A stretch of 64,000 bases of DNA, from the IMG/VR virus record IMGVR_UViG_3300037067_023527, positions 48,784-112,783 of that record. The stretch is one strand, 5' to 3'. This document shows, piece after piece, positions 56,678-64,000 of the stretch. The position numbers and the translations under genes are program-made. The notes under the pieces are model-generated. The model was given only the letters and a program-made list of their open reading frames with translations, searched no databases and had not been told where the DNA came from. Position 1 is the first letter of the stretch. Each line of letters starts with the position of its first letter. The stretch comes from a virus (lineage: Duplodnaviria > Caudoviricetes).

Positions 56678-57822
56678 TGCGAATAGCATCTTTTGGAGAT
56701 ATCCATTTAGGAACAGAATGCGATGACGATGTGATGCAATCGGCGGATGAGATTATCGGCAAATGCAAAATCGCCAAGCCTGATCTGATCGTTATCACGG
56801 GAGACATTTACGATGGATCCAGCAACCCGGATTCTCGTGAATTGGCAAAGAATATAGTCATCCGTGCGGCAGACATTTCTCCTGTCGTTATCCTAAAAGG
56901 CAATCATGACATAAGGACAGATCTCCTCATTCTGGGGGATCTTCGTGCGCGCAACGGGATCAAGGTCTATGAATATCCTTCCTGCGCCACCTATCCCACT
57001 GATAGAGAACCGATCTTTATCCATTATTTGCCATGGTTTACGAAATCGGCTTGGATAGCGGCAATGGGGAATACTGATATCAAGGCTGGGGACGCGGCCG
57101 TAAGTCTATTGGCGTTGTCCTATTTAAGAGCCAAGATTGCAGAACGAGGCCCAGGAAAACATTTACTATATTCTCATCTCATGATTTCCGGGTCCAAGGC
57201 AGAAAACCATCAGCCACTTCTGGGCGAGGGGATCACCTTTGGATATCACGATCTGGTTGAGGCCGGATTCTGCGGCGGAGCGTTTGGCCACATTCACCTG
57301 GCGCAAGTGTTCGGCGATCAAGACCAGGGAAGCCCGGAATTCCGCTACAACGGAGCTATCGCAGCTCTGAATTATGGGGAGTCGGCAGCAGACAAAAGCT
57401 TCAGCATCCTGGACACGGACACCATGAATGTGGAGGTTTTCCCCATCCACGCAACCAAACGGGTGACGTTCGATGCTGAATGGAACGGGGTGATGAATTT
57501 TGGGGAATCACTTCCGGGCATTGGTTGCCAGGAAGTGCGGGTTAGAATTCGTCTCCTGGTAGCAGAGGGATACAATGCTGAGGATGGGCGCAAATTCCTT
57601 CGGGAATATTTCTGGCCTATCAAACCCTTGGAATTAAAGATTGAAACTCAGCGCCGGCCGATCGATCAGGTTCGCTCGGCCGCGATCGCCGCCGCGAAAA
57701 GTGCGCAGGACAAACTGATTGCATTTTGGACGGCAACAAATACCACCCCAGAGGAACCAATGCGTTCCGACATGCTCCGGATAGCTGGGGAATTAGAAGC
57801 TGAATGTCTTATTGACCAATAA
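56677..57822 (+). CDS. sbcD: SbcD/Mre11-like nuclease
   Basis: GDIH, TGDIYD, GNHD, GHIH motifs. Confidence 0.9.
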   Translation: MRIASFGDIHLGTECDDDVMQSADEIIGKCKIAKPDLIVITGDIYDGSSNPDSRELAKNIVIRAADISPVVILKGNHDIRTDLLILGDLRARNGIKVYEYPSCATYPTDREPIFIHYLPWFTKSAWIAAMGNTDIKAGDAAVSLLALSYLRAKIAERGPGKHLLYSHLMISGSKAENHQPLLGEGITFGYHDLVEAGFCGGAFGHIHLAQVFGDQDQGSPEFRYNGAIAALNYGESAADKSFSILDTDTMNVEVFPIHATKRVTFDAEWNGVMNFGESLPGIGCQEVRVRIRLLVAEGYNAEDGRKFLREYFWPIKPLELKIETQRRPIDQVRSAAIAAAKSAQDKLIAFWTATNTTPEEPMRSDMLRIAGELEAECLIDQ

Positions 57823-57837
57823 CAAAGGAGAAAGCTG

Positions 57838-58344
57838 ATGAAGATGAAGCGAATGGCATTTTCGAAGTTTGTCTCATATGTTTTGGATGAGCGGATAAAG
57901 ACACGCCGTCCAGATCCACAACTGGAAAAGCTGGAGATTTTCTATCACAACCCGGTCGATGTGAGAGGAAAACCCAGTTCTTTTGTTCTTGTCGTTTTGC
58001 TTGGCAGCAAGAAAGACGAAATTTATTGCGCCGCGACCAAACTCAATCCGATCGACGATAAATTCTCACTTGAAGAAGGGTTGAAGCAGGCATGCAACCG
58101 CGTTTGGCGTGAATATCACGGCGGCAAGTCTCTTTATGGGAAAGGCCATGGAAAGAATCGGACTCCAGGAGCCAGACTGGAGCGCCTTCACGCGCGGATA
58201 TCATCATCGCTTGGCTTAATGGCAAGTATGCCAGTTCATTCCTTCCCTTCTCCATTCCGTCTCATGTCTAAACCGCTGATGGAGGCCCGCAGGAAATTAA
58301 TCGCTGCAATCTCGGAGGAACGGAATGCAACCAAGAAATCTTAA
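57838..58344 (+). CDS. hypothetical protein
   Basis: AAGGAG RBS; between sbcD and sbcC. Confidence 0.6.
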   Translation: MKMKRMAFSKFVSYVLDERIKTRRPDPQLEKLEIFYHNPVDVRGKPSSFVLVVLLGSKKDEIYCAATKLNPIDDKFSLEEGLKQACNRVWREYHGGKSLYGKGHGKNRTPGARLERLHARISSSLGLMASMPVHSFPSPFRLMSKPLMEARRKLIAAISEERNATKKS

Positions 58345-60919
58345 AATAAAGAACATCGGACCCTATCGCGATGTTTCGATAGATCTGTCCTCCATACCCG
58401 GTACGCTCATCGCAGTCGCAGGCAAAAACGGCCAAGGCAAGACGATGTTTTTGGAAAGCATGTTCGCCGGCGCGTACCGGGAATTCCCGACCCGTCCTGA
58501 AGGCTTATATACCTATTGCACCGACCGCAACGCCGGCATTGAATTCGAGTTCGAAATGGCCGAAAGGATCTATCGTTCCATTCTCAACATCGATTCCAAG
58601 AATAGGAAGATGGAGGCCGTGCTCTCCCTCGATAAACAGGCATTGAATGACGGAAAAACTGGGTCGTTCGATGCGGAAATATTAAAAATACTGGGATCCA
58701 TGGATCAAATTCTTGCCAGTTCCTACGGCGCCCAGGACAAAAAGGGCAATTTTATCGAGTTGGTTAAAGGCAAGCGCAAGGATCTCTTCATCCAAATGAT
58801 CGGTCTCGGTCTTCTCCAGCGCATCTCAGACGCCGCGGCCAAACATGCCGCAGGATTCGATTCAACAAAGGCCGATTTTGAGGGCCAAATAGCCATACTA
58901 AAAGAGATCGCGCAGAAATCTCTTCCTGATCTGGAATCGATCAAAGTCAATCTTGCAGCGTCGATCGAAAAGAGAATTTCTCTCCAATCCAGGTCAGAAG
59001 AATTGGCCGCTCAGATCGCATCTGAAGGAATCCAGTTCGATCAATTGTCGGTCCTGGAGGCTGAATTCACAGAAAAGAATGGCCGACTGAAAATTGAAAA
59101 GACGGCCCTTGAGGCAACCAAGTTATCCCTGCAAAGCAATAAAACCCTATATGATCAACTGGGAGGGCTAAGATTAACTCTCCAGAATGCCCGTGAAACC
59201 CTTGCTCTTATGAAGGAAAATTTCATCATAAAGCGGGACCGGTGTTCTCAATTGCCAGGGCTTATGCAAAGGGAAATTGAACTGTTAGGGAAATATAAAA
59301 AACTGCAGCAAGAGTGTGTTTCTCTTACAGCCAGGATACAGAGCCAGGAATTGTTGGCGTCCCATCTTTCTGATTTGAGACAAAAGAACGAACTTCTGAC
59401 TGATGCGCGAATTGATATCGCCGAGATTTCCAGTCTCCACCGGCAAGTTAATGCGGATATCATTCGTGTCGGGCAGGAAAATCACCAGCTCGACGCCTCC
59501 CTTAGCCTGCACAAAAGTAAAATCGTTGAGGCCGAGAGAAATTCGTCTTCGGCTACGCTCTTACTTGAAAACGCCAAGAAGGCGGCGAAGCAATTGACGG
59601 AGGTTCCATGCGGAGGGGTGGGCGAATACGCTACGTGCCCTCTTATTTCCACAGCGGTGGAATCATCGGCCAAGATCGACGAATTAACGGCTAATGTCGA
59701 CAATTGCAAGATCGTCCTTCTCGGATTGCGACAGGAAGAGCTGGCCCTGCACAAACCGGATTCATCTCTTATTGCCAAGCTTACCACTCAATTGATTAGC
59801 CTGACTGAAAAGATACGTTCAGGAGAGGCTAATATAAAACTCCTCTCGGGCCTGGTATCCAGTCTGCCGGCGGCCGAGGCGGCCGAATCAAATCGAATGA
59901 TCCTTCAGGAAAGTTTTAATTCTAAACAACAGGAGCGCGATCTGGCATCTGTCGACCTGGAGGCCATCCAATCCAGTATCATAGAGCTAAACCAGGACCA
60001 ACAGTTCCTGGTTCAGCTTGAATCTGACATACCAATTATCGAGACGAATATTTCCGATCTTGAGAGACAAGTCATTTCGGCCGAAGGCGCTGGTGTGAAA
60101 ATAGAGCCTCTGACAACCGAAATACAGCGTTTGGAGGGAACCATTCAGGAATTGTTCGATCGAAGTTTGGTTCTTGCCAGCCAAATTGAGAGCATAAACA
60201 TAGCGAAAGCTGGATATCAGGACAAAGTATCCGAATTCGAAACTCTCAAAAGCGAAACAATCCCAAACCTTCAGGCTGAAATTGAAAACATCCAGTCCAG
60301 CGCAACTCGAGCTGAAGAGGAAATTTCCAGCATAACCCTTGCTCAGGGCAGGATGTCCCAGGTGCAGACAAAACTCGATGAAATCAATTACCAAATAGCA
60401 TGTTATTCTCGGGTTTCGAAATCGTTTGGACCAATGGAAATTCAATCCTTCGAGATCGATTGCGCGGGTCCGGAAGTTTCTCGCTTATCCAACGATCTTC
60501 TTTTTAAGTGTTTCAGTCCCCGATTTTCTATCCGTTTTGTCACCCAAGAACTCAAGGCTGATGGGAAGGGGTACAAAGACGAGTTTGATATTTTTGTTTA
60601 CGACCAGTTGAACCAGCGCGAAGGAAGCATTAGCGACCTATCCGGAGGAGAAAAAACGATAGTTAGCGAGGCTCTTTCCCTGGGGATTGCTCTTTACAAC
60701 AAGGAGAAAAACAGTATTGCCTGGGAGACTCTATTCCGGGATGAAGTATCCGGCGCCCTGGATGATGAAAACGCGCCGCGGTACATCAAAATGCTGCGCG
60801 CCGCCCAAGCCATGGGAAATTTCAAGAAGGTTTATTTCATTTGCCATCAACCTGAATTGAAAGCCATGGCTGACAGCCGCATCGTAGTTGAAAACGGAGC
60901 ATTGACCGTGGAGGCATAA
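58325..60919 (+). CDS. sbcC: SbcC/Rad50-like SMC ATPase
   Basis: GKNGQGKT, long coiled coil with central Cys pair, LSGGE, LFRDEVSGALD, FICH. Confidence 0.92.
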   Translation: MQPRNLKIKNIGPYRDVSIDLSSIPGTLIAVAGKNGQGKTMFLESMFAGAYREFPTRPEGLYTYCTDRNAGIEFEFEMAERIYRSILNIDSKNRKMEAVLSLDKQALNDGKTGSFDAEILKILGSMDQILASSYGAQDKKGNFIELVKGKRKDLFIQMIGLGLLQRISDAAAKHAAGFDSTKADFEGQIAILKEIAQKSLPDLESIKVNLAASIEKRISLQSRSEELAAQIASEGIQFDQLSVLEAEFTEKNGRLKIEKTALEATKLSLQSNKTLYDQLGGLRLTLQNARETLALMKENFIIKRDRCSQLPGLMQREIELLGKYKKLQQECVSLTARIQSQELLASHLSDLRQKNELLTDARIDIAEISSLHRQVNADIIRVGQENHQLDASLSLHKSKIVEAERNSSSATLLLENAKKAAKQLTEVPCGGVGEYATCPLISTAVESSAKIDELTANVDNCKIVLLGLRQEELALHKPDSSLIAKLTTQLISLTEKIRSGEANIKLLSGLVSSLPAAEAAESNRMILQESFNSKQQERDLASVDLEAIQSSIIELNQDQQFLVQLESDIPIIETNISDLERQVISAEGAGVKIEPLTTEIQRLEGTIQELFDRSLVLASQIESINIAKAGYQDKVSEFETLKSETIPNLQAEIENIQSSATRAEEEISSITLAQGRMSQVQTKLDEINYQIACYSRVSKSFGPMEIQSFEIDCAGPEVSRLSNDLLFKCFSPRFSIRFVTQELKADGKGYKDEFDIFVYDQLNQREGSISDLSGGEKTIVSEALSLGIALYNKEKNSIAWETLFRDEVSGALDDENAPRYIKMLRAAQAMGNFKKVYFICHQPELKAMADSRIVVENGALTVEA

Positions 60920-61155
60920 TGCTGGATCTTAAAGAGAGATACGAGCGGGACAATGTTTTTAGGGCGATCGTCGATCAATTCCGCGCATTAATGGAGCAAT
61001 CCGCCATACCGATCACGCCCACAGAAGTGCGCGAAGCAGCCATGCTGGCCACAATGATGTACGAATATACGCATATACGGCCAATAACAATTGATCGTAA
61101 CGAAATTCTATTCTTGAACCAGAAAATGACAGACAAACCATTGACAGGACCATAG
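60919..61155 (+). CDS. hypothetical protein
   Basis: GGAGG RBS, TAATG coupling. Confidence 0.6.
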   Translation: MLDLKERYERDNVFRAIVDQFRALMEQSAIPITPTEVREAAMLATMMYEYTHIRPITIDRNEILFLNQKMTDKPLTGP

Positions 61156-61174
61156 GCTTATGCGATAGATATTC
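61141..61174 (+). promoter_or_regulatory. putative promoter, same class as 2412-2445
   Basis: TTGACAG-N11-TATGCGATAGATATTC. Confidence 0.55.
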
Positions 61175-61216
61175 GTCATCCACTCAAAATGTGCGGTCAT
61201 CCCGGGAGAAAGTCAT

Positions 61217-61654
61217 ATGACTACACAAATGCAAAGTTCATTGTCTAAGCAGTTAGCTTTCAATTCTGGTTTGGTTCCTCTCCGTAAGCCCCAAGGCGTG
61301 GAAGAAATCAAATTATTCCGTATTTACATCAAGACGCTCAGGCAGGCGGAAGAGGATTATCTGTCTCCTGAGTCAACAGCACAGGAACGTGCAGAAGCAG
61401 AACAGACTCTTTTCGGTATTCACCTTTCCCCTCTTCCCGGGGTGTGTCGCACTCTTGGGATAGATCCACATGCAGCCAAACTGATGTTGATAGAATGGAA
61501 AGCCAAAGGCAGGATTGGCGATCCGATATTTGGTTTTTTGACTCAACCCGGCGCTGTCGATCGATACGAAATGGGGCAAGGAATCGATATTCCAAATCTT
61601 GAGGTAATTCATGGCCAAGACGAAATTTGTAAAAGCGTCGAAGATACACTTTGA
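61217..61654 (+). CDS. hypothetical protein
   Basis: GGGAG RBS. Confidence 0.6.
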   Translation: MTTQMQSSLSKQLAFNSGLVPLRKPQGVEEIKLFRIYIKTLRQAEEDYLSPESTAQERAEAEQTLFGIHLSPLPGVCRTLGIDPHAAKLMLIEWKAKGRIGDPIFGFLTQPGAVDRYEMGQGIDIPNLEVIHGQDEICKSVEDTL

Positions 61655-61838
61655 GGTTTACCCAACTATAGACACCAGGTTGTGCCGTAATCCTTTTTGG
61701 AAGTGGAGAGCTAAGCATGAAAACGGCACGATTATTGCCGAATCTGAGCAGTCTTATACGCGTAAACTTAGCTGCAAGCGCGCTATAAACAGATTCGTAA
61801 AAAGAATCCATCTTCTCGCTATCATTATCGAATCCTAA
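61611..61838 (+). CDS. DUF1508 / YegP-like protein
   Basis: WKWRAKHENGTIIAESEQSYTRK..CKRAI; GAGG RBS. Confidence 0.75.
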   Translation: MAKTKFVKASKIHFEVYPTIDTRLCRNPFWKWRAKHENGTIIAESEQSYTRKLSCKRAINRFVKRIHLLAIIIES

Positions 61839-61848
61839 GGCCAGCGGA

Positions 61849-62622
61849 ATGGAAAACCGGGTTGAAGTTCTACCGCCGGTTAATCCAGGTTTGGCCAACG
61901 GTGTTCTTACGCAGGTTGACAACCTAATTAATTGGCAGAATAACGCCTCAAAAAGCGCGGAGAAGGCCGGAATACGCCTGGCCAGATTCATTGGGGAAAT
62001 CTCTCTCAATCAATACTGGATTGTGCGTAGTTACGACTCTGAAGCCGATTACATTAAAGCCACGTTCCCGCAATCGCAATCTCAATATTTCATCATGCGC
62101 AGGGTTGGGATAACTCTGAAGGATTACCCAATTGAACTCCTCGAGGAGATCGGCATTTCAAAGTGCCAGGATCTTGTCAGACTGCACCGATATTGCAATG
62201 GGGTCATCGACCCGAATTGGTTTGTTTGGGCTAAGACCGAAAAGCGGGATGAATTCCGGCGCCGGGTACAGGCGTTTTTAGGAAAGGCTCTTCCCGCCGC
62301 ACACACTGAAGAGGATTGGATGCTGGTTCTTAAAATATGGCCTGATTCAATCCAGATGGTCCAGAGGGCATTCGAAATAGCCGCCCTATACGCCGGCACG
62401 GATAAATCAAACAGCCACTTATTCGTGAACTTCATGTGCCCAGACTGGCTCTCGGGAAACGACGAGGATGGGGCCAGTCGGGTAAACGATGTCGCCTTCA
62501 ATCTTATGATGATTCACCGGTTCATTTTAAATCTGAAACCTGCAATCAACAAAGATCCGTCTGTGATAGACCGTCTTATTGGAAAGTTTCGAGCTGCTAT
62601 GGAGGAACTTAAAAAGCCATGA
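61849..62622 (+). CDS. hypothetical protein
   Basis: 257-aa ORF coupled to the HNH gene. Confidence 0.6.
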   Translation: MENRVEVLPPVNPGLANGVLTQVDNLINWQNNASKSAEKAGIRLARFIGEISLNQYWIVRSYDSEADYIKATFPQSQSQYFIMRRVGITLKDYPIELLEEIGISKCQDLVRLHRYCNGVIDPNWFVWAKTEKRDEFRRRVQAFLGKALPAAHTEEDWMLVLKIWPDSIQMVQRAFEIAALYAGTDKSNSHLFVNFMCPDWLSGNDEDGASRVNDVAFNLMMIHRFILNLKPAINKDPSVIDRLIGKFRAAMEELKKP

Positions 62623-62930
62623 CAATGCTGCCCAAGCTTAAAAGAATCAAACTCGATCGGGAAGGTTGGGAGAATCTTAAAAAAATGGTGTTTGACCGAG
62701 ATGGATGGCGCTGCCGGCTATGCCCGTCTACGATCAATCTCACCGCTGATCACATCATCAAGAGAAGCCAGTCTGGAGATGACGCCCTGTCCAATTTATG
62801 GACCCTTTGCGCCAATTGCCACAGACGCAAGGATGAATACAAGCTCACCCCCAAAGAAATGTGCCTAGTTCCAATCGGCACTCGCAACGGAGGCCATCCG
62901 TGGGCCTTTTGGGCCCGCGCAACAAGGTAG
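62619..62930 (+). CDS. HNH endonuclease
   Basis: RDGWRCRLC, ADHIIKRSQSG, NLWTLCANCH. Confidence 0.9.
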   Translation: MTMLPKLKRIKLDREGWENLKKMVFDRDGWRCRLCPSTINLTADHIIKRSQSGDDALSNLWTLCANCHRRKDEYKLTPKEMCLVPIGTRNGGHPWAFWARATR

Positions 62931-62933
62931 GGT

Positions 62934-64000
62934 ATGGCTGATAGCTGGGATAGCTTGACGGGATCTCTGCGGCCGCGGGGCTCCTATGAAGTGGGCGATG
63001 GTCTGAAAAAGATCCTGAAAGCTAGAGCTATATATTACAACAAAAAGGAAGATCCAGGGATTAAGGAGCTATCGGCCGACATATGGGCTTCTTCCGGATA
63101 TGACGCAGAAAAAGTAGTCATCGCCTTTGATGCAACCATTGAAAAGCATAAAGGGGTTTCTTACCTGCTCGGCTGTCTCAGGGGGAAAGATTATTCAGTT
63201 CCCTCGGCGACATATGAGACAAAAAGCGAATCGCCAAAAGAGAAGAATAAGGCAATCGTTACCCCTCCGCAGCAAAGAACAAACTTCATCCGATTGTACC
63301 GTTCTTTGCGCAAGCATCCTTGGTTCAAGGGCAAACCGGCGTGGGTGAAATTGTTTTTCATAGAACTCTGTCTGGATGCGGCCTGGAAGGATCACGAAGT
63401 ATCCTGGAAAACCGATAAGATTCCGTTAAAACGCGGTCAGTACATCATCCTGGAAAGGACAGTTGCCAAAGAATATGAGCAATCCCCCAGAATGGTGCAT
63501 TATTGGCTGGAAAGGCTTGAAAATGAAGGGATGATAGCCACTGCGACAATTAATTTCAAAAACAAAAAGTATGTAGCAGCCAATGTAGCAGGCCGTGTAG
63601 CAGGCAATGTAGCAGAGGGCACCATTGTAACTATATGCAAATATGATAGTTATCAAGGGTCAATAAATGACGATGTAGCAGAGAATGTAGCAGACATTGT
63701 AGCAGGCAATGTAGTACAGACAGAAGAATGTATTACAGAAGAAGGGAACCCACAGAAGAAGGAACTACAGGCGGCGCACCCCGTTCAGAAGATAATATCT
63801 TCTACTATGATATTTGAAATTTGGGAAACGGAAAGGGGAGAACTTCCTACAGTGAGGGTTCGGCAGTATGAAAGGTTGAGAGATTTGGTTAGCCATTTAA
63901 ACTCGCTGGTGGGTCGCTTCCCAGTGGAAGCCTGGAAGGAGATTATTCATAGGGCTCGCCGCTGTCATCCGGATCATAGGGTTTTTATGAGTCCGTACTT
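62934..64000 (+). CDS. phage replication initiator (3'-truncated, absent from ORF track)
   Basis: Open to window end; FIRLYRSL..W..LKRGQ..GTIVTICKYDSYQ; internal iterons. Confidence 0.82.
   Translation, partial: MADSWDSLTGSLRPRGSYEVGDGLKKILKARAIYYNKKEDPGIKELSADIWASSGYDAEKVVIAFDATIEKHKGVSYLLGCLRGKDYSVPSATYETKSESPKEKNKAIVTPPQQRTNFIRLYRSLRKHPWFKGKPAWVKLFFIELCLDAAWKDHEVSWKTDKIPLKRGQYIILERTVAKEYEQSPRMVHYWLERLENEGMIATATINFKNKKYVAANVAGRVAGNVAEGTIVTICKYDSYQGSINDDVAENVADIVAGNVVQTEECITEEGNPQKKELQAAHPVQKIISSTMIFEIWETERGELPTVRVRQYERLRDLVSHLNSLVGRFPVEAWKEIIHRARRCHPDHRVFMSPY
63548..63717. repeat. iteron array / probable replication origin
   Basis: TGTAGCAG at 63572, 63584, 63596, 63608, 63674, 63686, 63698 and TGTAGTAC at 63710; AT-rich tract 63548-63571. 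Confidence 0.8.

Noticed and set aside
9465-60919. Inteins in terminase, helicase or SbcC
   Set aside because: No intein splice-junction motifs or unexplained insertions between catalytic motifs were seen
63572-63717. Repeats as a CRISPR array
   Set aside because: 8-bp units with 4-bp spacers in frame within a replication gene; these are iterons
1-64000. Stop-codon reassignment
   Set aside because: Long genes are intact under the standard code, all three stops are used, and no suppressor tRNA is present

Overview
A 64-kb segment of a tailed dsDNA bacteriophage, probably with a short podovirus-like tail; almost all genes lie on the + strand and the window starts and ends inside genes. The order is: accessory genes with five tRNA or tRNA-like genes (1-8.9 kb), terminase large subunit, portal, a run of small basic proteins, scaffold, then a major capsid gene split after codon 5 by a group I intron that encodes a LAGLIDADG endonuclease. 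Next come adaptor and tail genes (with a GT2 glycosyltransferase, a GIY-YIG endonuclease and a tail protein carrying a jacalin-like insert) and ejection proteins, including a 4003-aa polyvalent protein (adenine MTase, Strawberry-notch-type SF2 helicase, HExxH motif). The window ends with a lysis cassette interrupted by an antisense HNH gene, an SbcCD-like module and a replication initiator with internal iterons. The most unusual items are the intron-gated capsid gene, a RiPP-precursor-like 37-aa peptide inside the ejection module, four adjacent head-region proteins sharing a C-terminal [RK][GS][GS][GS][RK] motif, tRNAs with C at the near-invariant U33, and several candidate structured RNAs and promoter motifs. 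All family assignments are by motif recognition; no searches were run.
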